From contig ML996693.1 of assembly GCA_010356995.1 (NCBI GenBank), positions 868,001 through 932,000 of the forward strand: a stretch of DNA of 64,000 bases, written 5' to 3'. Positions 49,457 through 61,114 of the stretch are shown piece by piece. Positions within the stretch are counted from its first letter, which is position 1; every line of letters starts with the position of its first letter. The notes beneath the pieces are model-generated. The model had not been told where the DNA came from, ran no database searches, and saw only the letters and a list, made by a program, of their open reading frames with translations. This DNA comes from Trichodelitschia bisporula (Eukaryota). The translations under genes were made by a program, and so were the position numbers.

Positions 49457-50380
49457 CTAGGCAACCCACGCATTGGTGATCTCAATACTGACCTCCTGCT
49501 TCTCAGCCTCATACCCCACCAGCTTAACACTCGCTAGGTCCTTCACCACCCAGTCCGCGCCCGCCTCCAGCACCTCCTCAACAGAATGGCTCGTCGCAAC
49601 CGCAACCACCTTAAACCCCGCCGCCTTCCCCGCCCTAACCCCCGCAGGCGCATCCTCCAGCACAAGGATCCGATGCTCATCCATAACCTCCGGGTACAGC
49701 TTACTATACCCCAAGCGATAACACGCGGGGTCTGGCTTGCCGTTCGGCACATCCTCCGCCGTAACCAGATTCCGCGGAAAGGTCAGCTTCATCAGCTCCA
49801 GCCAGCCCGCGACGAGCGGCCGGCTCCCGCTGGTGACGATCGCCCACGGCGCGCCCGCGGCTTCGAGCCCGGCGAGCAGGGTTCGGGAGCCGGGGAGCTC
49901 GACGGCGTCGGAGCCGTAGAGCGTCGGGATTTGGCCTTCGATTTTGGAGACGTCTGTTTGGATGGTGAGTGAGTGAGTGAGTCTATGATGCGGAGGGGGC
50001 TCGGGACGGGACGCTACATTCGGGAGTCGCACGGCTCGGGTCGTAGGCTTTAAGCACGTCGATGCTGCGCCGGCCGTGGGAGGTGGCGAGGATGACGGCG
50101 GGGTCGACGCCGAGTTCTTTGCCGATTCTGCGGGGCGATGAGAATACTGTGCCGGGATATACCGCACCGTGGTGCGCGGATTTGAGTTGGCGGCTTACGT
50201 AGTCCAGTGCTTGACAATGGCGGGGGTGGAATCGATGATGGTGCCATCCATGTCGAAAAGCTTCACCCGGCCCCGTGAGCTTAGCAATAAATGTTTAGAT
50301 TAGAGCAAAGCGCCACGTACCAGCCCGTGGAAGGTGGTGACCTCCGGCGGCGCGGAAAAATCACCATGTGAAGACGCCAT
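49457..50380 (-). CDS. HAD-superfamily sugar/glycerol phosphatase (Gpp1/Dog1-like), multi-exon
   Basis: LFDMDGTIIDS motif I, SHGRRSID, WAIVTSG motif II, GKPDP motif III, LEDAPAG motif IV. Confidence 0.93.
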
Positions 50381-51450
50381 GTCTGCTGGTGGCGGATGTG
50401 ACGAAGGGTGCGTGAGAGACCAGATAGACAAAATGTACAACGTCGTACGAGAAGCAGGGAGAGGGAGAGGTAGAAAGAAAATGAGATTTGCTTCGGAAAT
50501 TTAGAGATGCACGATTGCTGACGATGAGAGTCGCGACTTACCGTGCCGTCCTTTGCGAAGTGAGACAAAAAAGCGCAATTGTTGCCGCGCAAAATGCCTG
50601 CGAATGGAGTTGGGATCCTTAAGCCACGGCGCCCCGATGGACGAATGTCTGATTTCGGGCGGCCCGGGAAAGCGGGCTGCCCGCCTTGGCCAATTGCGGG
50701 AACAGGGACAGGGTTATTACGTTACCTTCCGCAAGGCTGGATCGACGGCTGAGCGTATGCCCGACGCCATCAGGCCGATAAAGCTTGCTGCTCGACCCAT
50801 GAATTCACCGAGATGTACGGTAACGCTGAAGATGCTCCAGTGGTGTCTTTTCCAAAGCTGGCCGTTGATGTAGGTCCGTAGGTCCGTTATCACTGTCCGG
50901 GAGGGGTGATGGCATTATGTTCGTTTCGGGTTTGGTTCTGCGCCGAACTCGAAGCGGCTTGTCGGAACGATCGGGACTTCCTCACGATCCGGCCCTTGTT
51001 TTTGTAAAAGATATACCTCTTTACTCGGTTCTCAACTGACGGGAGAGGTCTTGGGTGGAGGAGCCTGCGTCGTAACGAAGAGTCTTCTCTTTTTCATACC
51101 GAGCAGCCGTCATCGACGAGGGTTGAAGGATCTGCTTTCGGCAGCTGAGGGTGTTAAAGCATCATTTGCCGCCGTCTACATAGATCTATACACTGTGATG
51201 TGTATATTTTGCGGGTGTGAGAATCCAGTACTGACGAGAGCTATTAGCCCAAGTCTGACCTTGGACGTTCATGATTTGGCAAGGCTGAGAGTCAATTGTG
51301 AGAATTTCATTGCAGAGGGCAAGGTAAAGGCTGATCAAAAAAATCATCGACCTCATACGATCAAAACCAATATAATCCGAATGTCCAAATCTGATTCTTA
51401 TCAAGCTACATATGCAATGTCCCTTAGACTAACCTCCTAGACCCAAACAG

Positions 51451-51565
51451 AAGATGCCATCCAAACCAATGCCCAAAAAAGACCAATATCACAAATGCAT
51501 CCAAACCAATGCCCCAAAAAGACCAATACACAAGATGCATCCAAACCATATCCCAAAAGCCCATA
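51451..51565. repeat. 40-bp imperfect tandem repeat x ~2.7
   Basis: CATCCAAACCA at 51458, 51498, 51538. Confidence 0.88.
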
Positions 51566-51580
51566 CGATTCACCACAGAT

Positions 51581-54566
51581 CTAATCAACCCTCCACTCCC
51601 TCTCCTCCTCCTCCTTCCGCCCCCGCACCCCCCTCCACCGCCTAGCCCACCCCCTCTCCTCCGCCCCCGCCGCACTCGACCCCGTCAAAAGCTCCCTCGT
51701 CAACCGCTGAATCTTCGCCTTCGGACTCAACCCACTCGCACTCCTCTCCCCCACCCCACTCTTCCGCGGACTCACCGACCCAGCACGCTTCAACTGCCGC
51801 ACCGGACTCCCCTCCTCCTTCACCACCGTCCCCGCCGCAACACCACCCCCGACCACCGGGTCCGCCCACCCGGATCTAACCGGCACCAAACTCGGCACGC
51901 CATGGACAACCCCGTGCACGCTCCGCACACTGCTCCCGCTATGCACGCTCGCATGCGCCGTCCGAACATATCCCCTCTCCCCCCCCACGCCCCTATTCCC
52001 CGCATAGCCAACCAGACCAAACTGCGCACTCGCAACCCTCGCCCGGGGCATAGCAGCCGCCTTCCCCTCCTCACTCCGGCCCAACTCCGCGCCCACACCC
52101 GGCATCGGCACCGCCGTCGGCTGCATCGCCGAACTGCTCCTAGGGCCCACACTCGGCCCCGCCGGCCCAGTCCCAGCACCCTCATACCCCCCAGCACAGC
52201 CGGAAGCATAACTGGCAACATTCTCCCTCTCGCGCCCCTCGTCCTCGCTGCGCGCTTTCGCCATGTACCACAGCCCGTCGCAGTACCCGGCTACGAATTC
52301 ACGCGACCATGCGGCTTGCGTGCCGGGTGCTTCGCCGGCGATGCCTGCGGCGTAGCCGGCGAGGTAGGTGTCTGTTTTGTCGCGGAATTCGTCGCGGAGT
52401 TCCTGGCTCACCGTGGAGTGGGTGGGTGTCTGGCGCGGCCGGGCGCGCAGGCGGTCGGTGTAGGGATCGGTAGAGGGAGGGTGAGGGTGAGAGGAGTGGG
52501 AGACGGAATGATGAGAGGTGGACGGGTGGTGTGCGGGCGGGTGATGGGCGGGCGGGTGAGAGACCGAAGGATAGGACGCAGAGTGGTGCGACGCAGAGTG
52601 GTGCGACGCAGAGTGCCGAGCCGTGCTGTGACCGCGGTGCGCATCGCCCGCGCCCCCCAGTAGCGTCCCATCCGGCGAGCTGCTCGCCGTCGTCAGAAAC
52701 GGCTCCGTGTCGCGCAGGAAGCTGCTAAGCCGATAATCAACCTGGTCCGGCGGCCGCGCGACCAGCGGCGCCGCACGCGCCGGGCTCGCCTCGCGGCGCG
52801 GGGGCGAGTGCGCGGGCGTCACGGGCTCGGCAGCGCGTGTGCCTGTCGTCGTGGTGCTTGTGGCAGCGTAGGCCGCGGAGTATGCATCGCTCACCTTGCG
52901 CACCTTGTATTTGGAGAAGGAGTGCTCGAACGTGTTAATCGGGAAAAAATCCGTCGTCGTCACACTGCTCAAGGACTCTTTCTGCCCGTCCGCCTCCTCG
53001 CGAACCCGGACCGGCTCGCGCGGCGCCTCAACCTCCGTCGGCTGGTACGCCCAGAACCCAGCGTCCTCCATAGCTGCCTCAGCCGCAGCCTCAGCCGCCG
53101 CTTCAGCCTCGGCCTCAGCACGGCTCGGAGGCGGAGGTGACTCGCACCGCGCAAAGAGTTTCCCTGGGGACACGCAGCGCGCAAACGGCTTCCCCGGCTC
53201 GTAGCTCGGGCTCGCGGGGTTGAGTTTGCCGCCTGGGAGCGGGGCGGGAGGCGGGCGCGGGGCACAGGTGCGCGGGTCTTTGATTTCGAGGGCGTGGGAG
53301 CGGCGGGGTGGGGGTTGGATGTCCGGTGGAGAAGCGGAGAGGCGCGGGAGGGCGGTGGCTGAGGCGGTGTTGCTGGATAGGCTGGAGGGAAGGGTTGTTT
53401 GGGAGGTGGTTGCGGTGAGTGTGGTGGTGGTGGTGGTTCCGGGCAAGGGTGGGAAGTGGAGGTCCCGCTGGGAGGGGGCGGAGAAGTCGGGCTCGCCGGT
53501 TGGCTTGGGGTCCTGCTCGGCCTGTTGCTGTTGCGGCTGTTGCTGCGGCGCAGTCTGCTCAGCCTGCTGAGCGGCGTAAGGGACGAACAGCGCAGCGTAC
53601 GCGGCAAGCGGATCGAGCGCCGGGACAGTCGGGTAGAAGTAGCCCGGCGGCTGATGGAAGACCTCCTGCGCCGCCGGCCCCCCAACCCCATTCCCATTGC
53701 CCCCATTCCCATTCACCCCACTCGCATACCCCCTCACCAACCGCCTCTGATCCTCCAGCTCCTTAACCCTGCGCCGAATACGATCCAACTCCGTAATAAA
53801 CTCCTTCTTCTGCGCCACGCTCTTCGCCCTCTCGACCTCGCTCCAGCTCCCGCTCATGCGCACCTCGTTCCGCTCATGCGCGACCTTGGCTCGGCGGAGT
53901 GTTTCGTATTGCCCTTGTAGCGTGCGGATCTGCGCGTCGAGCGCGGCTTCTTGCGTCGCGGCGGCGGAGGGCGGGGCGGGGGCCAGGCTGAAGGGCGGCG
54001 GCATTGCCTGTCCCAGACCTGCCTGCCCCAAGCCCGCCTGCCCCAAGCCAGGCAGCGTAACAGCCGAGCCACCAAGCCCCGAGCCCCCGAGTCCAGGGCC
54101 CGACATACCTTGCCCCCCGGGCATACCCTGCGTGATAAACGGGTTCACAGGCGCCGGATACACCGGTGGCGCAATCGTCGGAAACGGAAAATTCGGCGGC
54201 GGCATATACAGCGCGAGGCCATGCTGCCCCGGCTTCACAGGCATCATCGTCCCATCCACCAGCTGGCACAGCACGCCGGCCGCATTATACGCCAGAAAAC
54301 CATTCGGTAGATGGGGAGCCACGGGCGGGTCGGCAGGTGTATTGAGGCGCGGGTGCGGGTCGTTCTTGTCCGCGCTCGGGGCGAAGGAGGGTTGCGGGAA
54401 GGGGGCGCCGTTGGGGGTGGAGTATGCGAAGCGTGGCGAACCGAGGGTGAAGTCGTTGGGGACGATGCGCCCGCCTGCGGTGACGCGCAGATTGGGCGGC
54501 GAGCCGTGTTCTTTGATTAGTTTTTCGACTTTGTCGCGTTTGACGGAGGGAGGGGGGGAGGGTTTC

Positions 54567-54617
<51 letters not shown>

Positions 54618-54998
54618 GGGCTGTACCGAAGGTGACGGTGTTGGCCGAGGTGTTGAGCCCCGCGGTGTGGCCCGGAGCGGCATTGCCGGCGGTGCTGGGC
54701 CCGGGTGGGTTGCCTTGGTTGGTAGGCGTGTGGAGGGCAGATTTGGAGGGGGCGTGGAGGGAGGCGGGGCGGGTGTTTTCGATGTATGGGGGCTGTTGCT
54801 GGGAGAGGGCTTGGGCGGAGGCAGAGGGGCGTAGGACGTGCTCTGCTCCAGTTAGCCCATGCGGGGAGAGGGAAGGTGGGGACGAGGCGTACCCTTGATG
54901 ACGTCCTCGTCGACGAACTTGTCGAGCGAGACGGCGGACTCGGAGCAGGAGGAGCGGAGAGCGAGGAGCTCTGAAACCTTGTAGGCTGGAACCCTCAT
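51581..54998 (-). CDS. Large low-complexity protein of unknown function; frame broken at a poly-C tract as assembled
   Basis: Exon 1 MRVPAYKVSELLALRSSCSESAVSLDKFVDEDVIK, short intron, EHVLRPSAS...; after the tract KKPSP..VEKLIKEHGSPPNLRVTAGGRIVP is in frame with the 913-aa ORF. Confidence 0.75.
54569..54615. repeat. 47-nt G homopolymer
   Basis: Counted directly. Confidence 0.95.
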
Positions 54999-55583
54999 CG
55001 TGGCTGGGCCTTGGGGGTGTTGGAGGGGGAGAGGAGGGGGGTTGGTGTCATTAACGACGGGCGGGCCTCAGTGATGAGGAAGGCTGATTGTAGAAATCAG
55101 AGTGAATGGTGGGGGGTGGCTGAATGGGAGCAAAGAGTGAGCAAGAAGACGGGAGAGCATCAATGGAGACACGATTGGATGGGAGAATGGGGAACGCGGA
55201 ATGAGTTTCGGGAAGAGAATAAGAGACGGCGGAGGGGTGAAGATAAAGCCCGGCTGTCTACCTCTTCCTTCTCCCTCCAATGCCGTTGTCCGGGTAAGAA
55301 GACACAGTGGTGCATGGAAGGCATCCACCACTTCGCTATCGTGGGCTATCGAACTGGTGTTGTTGAGAAGGCTGCACACGGAACGCAAGGCGGTAGCAGA
55401 CGTCTATCGTGTACCGCGTCTTCCCCGGCCTGTAGTGCTGCACGTCGACTACCCTGCACACAATGGAGCCTGCAGCACGAAGCATGGTTACTACCAGGCC
55501 AAATAAGCAGCAGTCCCGGCAGCACCTACGCAATACAGCAATAACCAGCCGTCCTTCCAGCCAAACAACCCACCCAGAACCTC

Positions 55584-57999
55584 CTACCGCCTCCCCCGTG
55601 CCTTCGGCACCATGCTCTCGAACCCATCGTCATCGTCCGAAATCTCATCGTCGCTCTGCCCTTGTTAGCGCAATCGATCGAATACCACAACTCCACAACC
55701 GCCAGGCTCAACACTCACGATCTCAATTGCCGCAGTAGCCTGCGTCCCCGCCGCAGCAGCAGCCCGCCGCGGCGGCCGCTGCGAGTACGAGTCCAGAGTG
55801 GTCTGAGTAGTCTGGCGCGCCGAGCGCGCGGGCGCTTTGGCGGGGGCTTTCTTCGCCGGAGTCTTCTTGGGCGCGGGTTTGGGAGCGGGTTTCTTAGCTG
55901 GGGCTTTGGCGGGGGCTTTGGCCCTGCCGCCGCGCGGGCGGACGAAGAGATCGTCGTTGGTGTCGATCGAGGCCTCTTCTTCGTCTTCGTCATCGTCGTC
56001 GATTACCATTCCTTCCTCCTCCTCCTCTTCTTCGTCGTCTTCCTCCTCTTCAAAGGGTCGCCTGCCACGACCTCGAACCGGAGCAGGCTTCTTAGCTGGT
56101 GCAGGTGCCTTTTTCGCTGGGGCCTTCTTCGAAGCGGCGGCAGCCTTCGTCGCGCGGCCTCGAGCTGGCTTGGGAGCCACGCTCGCAAAGCTCTCTTCTT
56201 CGTCCTCGTCGACGTCCATCTCGTCATCGTCTTCCTCAAGCAACGCACCAGGCTGCTCCTCCCAGTTTCCATCAATGTCGTCATCCCACCCATCCGGCTT
56301 AGGCTTATAACGTGCTTTCCCCTTCTGACGGAGGTGCCCAGCCGCAAAGAGCTCCTCGAGCTTCGAGCGATACTGATCCATCGCCTCCGCCATGTCGTCC
56401 TCCTCGACGCCCTCCGCGGCCAGTAGGTGCTTAAGCTGCGAGCTCAAGCTCTTATTCACAAACACCTCGACACTCTGCTTGTCATCCTTGTCCACGAACT
56501 GACTAACCGCATCCCCAAACGTATTCTGCGGCAAAATCGTCAAGCTCTGCGCCTCAAGAAACTCCTTAATAAGCCGCTCAACGCTGACACGATCGAGCGA
56601 CATATCCGCAAGAAGCGCCTCATCCGGCATCTCCGGCTGATCGCGCGTCCGCCTCGTCGCCTTCGCCTTCTTGCGATGAAACTGCACCACATCATTAACA
56701 TTCGCCACACGCCCCATAAACCGATTCGAAAAGCGCTGCGGATTCTCGCAATCGTAGCGTCCGCCCTCGGGCGCCGAGTACTCGACCCTTAACCTCACAA
56801 TCGGTTTCGGGAACTCGCTGTCGTCGCCGTCGTGCAGGTCACACCACTGCTGGCGCGCCTCGGCAATCAGTTCCTCGACCGCAGCGATGAGGAAGCGGGT
56901 GATTTCGCTGCGGTTGTTTTCGCGCTTCCAGAGGTGCTTGATGGCGGGCTCGTCGGCGAGGATGACTTCGCGCATCACGAATGGGCGTACGGATTTTAGG
57001 CGCACGGGGTCGACTTTGAAGTCCTTCCCGCAGACGGACAGCACGGCGACGTGTTTGGGCACCGCCTCGCCGGGCATCAATGCGGTGGCGACGGAGGACC
57101 CGGGCTGCATGACATGGAACCCCATTTCGGGGTTCAAGCGCGGCTCAATCAGACACTCATGCTCATGCCCCCAAACCACAAGGTCCAAAAACCCAGGCAG
57201 AAAGTTCTCAGGCAAATACCCCGTCGCCGTGTGGGGAACATGGTTCTGATGCACGCTCATGAGGTTGAACCAGTCATCGCGGCTGGCGGCGGGTTGATAG
57301 AACTTGACATGGCCGTCGCGGAAGGTGCGGAAGAGACGCTCGTCGCGGACGTTGCTCAGCCCGTAGAGCGCGAGCTTGGTGCCGCCCTTTTGGAGGAGGA
57401 CGGGCTTGACGGCGATGCGGTCGGATTCGGGGGTGCGGCCGTAGTAGTTGACCAGCCCGGCGACTTGGAGGACGTCGAGCGCAGCGAAGTGGCCCTCCTG
57501 GTACGAGTTAGCTATGCGTAAGGGGGTGGGGGGGGGGAGGACGTACGCCCGTTGGATCGTCGTGGTTCCCGTGGATCGAGAACACAGGAATCGCAACATT
57601 GATATCCAGATCCTCATAATTAACGTGATTAAACACCCTGCCCCCTCATCATCAGCTCCCCCCTCAAAACCCACCCAAACCTACTCACCCAGCAAAGCTC
57701 TCACTCGCATCACTCAGCATCTCCAGCTCACACGGCCGGTCGCCCAGACAATTCATGCGCAGGCTTTGCATGACATGGTACATGCTCTTGCGGCTCGGCT
57801 TGTTCTCATGGAACAGATCGCCGGCCAGAAGGACCATGTCTACGTCGCGCTCCTTCGCTAGACACATTACTTCGTGGAAGGCCTTCCAGCTGTCGTCGCC
57901 GCGCTCCGGGTCGCGCTCGGCGTAGCCGACGTGGTTGTCTGTTGCGACGAGGATGCGGATTGTGTCCGTGGGGGAGAAGGCGGCGGTTGAGGGGGCCAT
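55584..57999 (-). CDS. MRE11: Double-strand break repair nuclease Mre11, multi-exon
   Basis: [64 protein letters not shown]; last exon [14 protein letters not shown]...RGRR*. Confidence 0.97.
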
Positions 58000-58363
58000 G
58001 GCGACGGACGAGTCGGCGACGAGTCGGCGATGGGTCCGCGAGCGGTAGTGAGCGGTTCGGTGGGTGGTGGGTGGTGATGAAGTCGTAAACCACAATCAAA
58101 AGCTCCGCGTTTCGTACGAAAGCTCCCCTCTCAACGCGTACAAGCCTAACCGGTAGACCCAACACCGAAAGGTACTGTACAAGTTCAAACCGAAAGCTCA
58201 ACTCCGCCCCAAAGATTCCCCCGCGTCGCTGCCTACGCCACGCCGCCGTCGTCGCCGCACCCCGGTCAGACACGTCCTCACGTGCCGCTTGGCTGCAAAA
58301 CCCACCACCACCGCTGTACATCACCACTCGCGGGCGCAAGAGCAAGATAGCCAGATACTCGCG

Positions 58364-58855
58364 ATGCAAGCCACGCGCGCGCTCCTCGCGCGCTCAGTCT
58401 GGAAAGGTACACCCCATAGCCTCTCACCCCCTCCCCCCTTCCTCTCATTCCCCGCTAACTCACCACAGGCCCGAACATCGTCCCGTACATCCAACCCCCA
58501 CCCGCCCCAAAGCACACAAGCAGCTAATGGGCACAGTCTCCCCATCGTCAAGCGCAAGCCCGGCGAACCCATCGTCCCCATCCGGACGCAAGCTCGCTCG
58601 GCGACTATCCTCCCAAACTTCGTGGGGTTGAAGTTCGAGGTGCATAACGGGAAGATTTATCACGAGATTACGATCACGGAGGAGATGGTTGGGCATAAGC
58701 TGGGGGAGTTTTCGCCGTATGTTGCTTCTTTCCTTTGGATTCGAGTGTCTTTGGAGGGATATGGGCTTTTGGGGAGTTGGGCTGGGTGGGACGGAAGGCT
58801 AACAGCTCGCAGTACCCGTAAGCGCTTCACATACAAGCAGTCGAAGAACCGGTAA
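58364..58855 (+). CDS. RSM19: Mitochondrial ribosomal protein uS19, 4 exons
   Basis: RSVWKG/PNIVP/LP...[40 protein letters not shown]; introns 58407-58468, 58485-58536, 58717-58812. Confidence 0.95.
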   Translation: MQATRALLARSVWKGTPHSLSPPPPFLSFPANSPQARTSSRTSNPHPPQSTQAANGHSLPIVKRKPGEPIVPIRTQARSATILPNFVGLKFEVHNGKIYHEITITEEMVGHKLGEFSPYVASFLWIRVSLEGYGLLGSWAGWDGRLTARSTRKRFTYKQSKNR

Positions 58856-59086
58856 AGCAAAGGTGGGGTGATGGGGCAAGGGCTGGGAACTGTACATATC
58901 ACATAGTATCACAATCACAGCACCTGTCAGCCATCGCAAACAAACTTAGTCCATTGAACCCAATAACGCCATAACCCCTCCTCCACCAATGCACCCCCCC
59001 CCCTCCTCCACATCTATCCGAAAGCCCATATGACAGTGAAAAACCCCACCTAACGCCCCATCCAGCCATCCGTCCCACACCCCACC

Positions 59087-60039
59087 CTAACGGTAGAACT
59101 CCCCGCGCTTAACATTGACCCCATACTCCCCGACCGCCATGCCCAAATCCTCCATCGTAAGAACCGTCCGGCCAGCACCACCACCCTGCCCACCACCGCC
59201 ATAACCCGGGCGCTGCTGGCCCATGCCCGCGCCCTTGCCCGCTGCATCCTTAGCAGCCGCACCTTGAGCCGCCGCGCCCGCCGCACCAGCCGCACCCGGA
59301 AGGCCACCGGCGCCCGCAACACCAATCGCGCCGCTGGCTGTGTTCGAAGCGCGAATGCGCGAGTATTGATAAGCGTCGGCCGCGATGTCTGCCACGAACT
59401 TCTGGGTGGCGAGAGCGAGAAGGCGGGTCAGGCGCGCTGAAGTAGCTGGAGGGGGGGGGAGACCGGCCAGTGTGAGGTAGTAGTTTGTGACGGCGTCGGG
59501 GATCTAGGCGGAGATGTCAGCGGGGAGTCATACCACGAAGGACAAAAGACTGAGGAACGTAAAACCAGTGAGGGGGGGGGAGGGGCAGGTGAAGAGCGGG
59601 GAGGGGAAGAACATACAATCGGCGCATAGTCATCCATACGACCCAGAAACTCCCGAAGGCTCGTGTCCTTCTTCGCCGCAATGCGCGACTCCGCAACCTC
59701 CTTCGCCTCCTGCGTCATGCCCGTCATAGTGGCGTCGCTAATCCCATCGGTCTGCGTGTGGGTGGTGGCCGCGGCCGTCGTCCCAGAGAGCTCAGCGTCC
59801 ATTGGATCGCCGTCAGCGTTATCCGCGTCTTCTGTCTTGATGTTGGAAGGAGGAGAATTATTGTTGTGGATGCTGGTGTTTGTTGCGGGATGCAAGGTGT
59901 GCGAGGCTGCAGAAGCGGAGTTGAGGAATGTGGTAATCGGGTTGGCGGGGCCGGCAGACGCACCCGCATTCACGGAAGAACCAGCACCATTGGGTGTGCC
60001 GGACGCGCCTCCGGCTGTGGAAGAAGAAGCGGCGGACAT
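59087..60039 (-). CDS. TAF10: TFIID/SAGA subunit Taf10, 2 exons
   Basis: [70 protein letters not shown]. Confidence 0.96.
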
Positions 60040-61114
60040 GTTTGCGGTCGTGTGGGGAAGGTCGCGTTCGAGGCACTCGGAGCCCGTGCTTGGCGGAAGT
60101 TGGTGTCGCTGATGGAAAGAGGTGGCGGCAGAAAGACTATCTGCTGGAGTGTTTGATGCGTTATACCAGCCCGAGAAATGAGTGACTGCGAAGTGGTCGA
60201 TGTGGGTTGCGCTGGTTGATGTCAGCGCGCAGTTTGCAGTCGAGTTAAGGCGGCAGTTGCGCCTGCGGCTCTGCTTGCGCGGCTTGGCATGCGGAGGCCA
60301 AGAAGGCTATACCGGAAAAGCTCCCGGTCCGTCTTTACTGAGATGACTTGCGCTGCGCAGCCGCTTACATAAGAAAGGACCTTCTATGCTGATATAAAAC
60401 TCTGCAGACATGCTGAGGTAGTACCGATGGTTCGACTATGAATACAAATGTTCAGGTGTTGTTCGTGCGGTTGGGTGTTTGCAAGCCTTCGGGGGAGTTG
60501 TTGAGGGATCGAACACGCTAGCTGCATTTGGCAACTATTCGGGAGTGAATTAGGAGTCACGTGGATCGCATAAACTCAATGTGAGGCAGTGAGGTGACGG
60601 TGAGACGAGGTGGATGAGTTACATCTTACGTGCGGCATTGAAGAACTAATGACAAGACTTTGGAATATAGGGCGCATCAGGCGCCTCCTCTATGAATCAA
60701 GGAGTCCTGCCTCAGTACTTCTCCAACGGTCCCTTGAAGTCACCTCGCCTCGTCGTCAAGGCAATACTGATATGCATGTCTCATACTTATGTCACATAAC
60801 TACTACAAGGCAAAAGGTCTCCGAGAGGCCTAGGCCTCATACTACTCATACTACAGGGTCCATCCGCCCATCGTCCGTGAATGCATTATCCCAATCGTAC
60901 ACTTTTGCCCACCCACCGTCCAGCCATGGTCGTAAGGAATTCCCCAATGCCCATACAAATCTGCAATATCGCGTAAGATTCAAGCCAAAAAGCCAAAGCC
61001 ACTCGCCTCCGATGCCCAAAGCAAAACCGCGCACTCCTTCCCCTCCTCATTACCATGCGCCGAAAAACACCCACCGCCCCTCTTTTGTCCACCCCGTTCA
61101 CCCAGCCCGGAAAA

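Noticed and set aside
60825..60838. 14-bp perfect palindrome GAGGCCTAGGCCTC
   Set aside because: Isolated; one such palindrome in 64 kb is expected by chance
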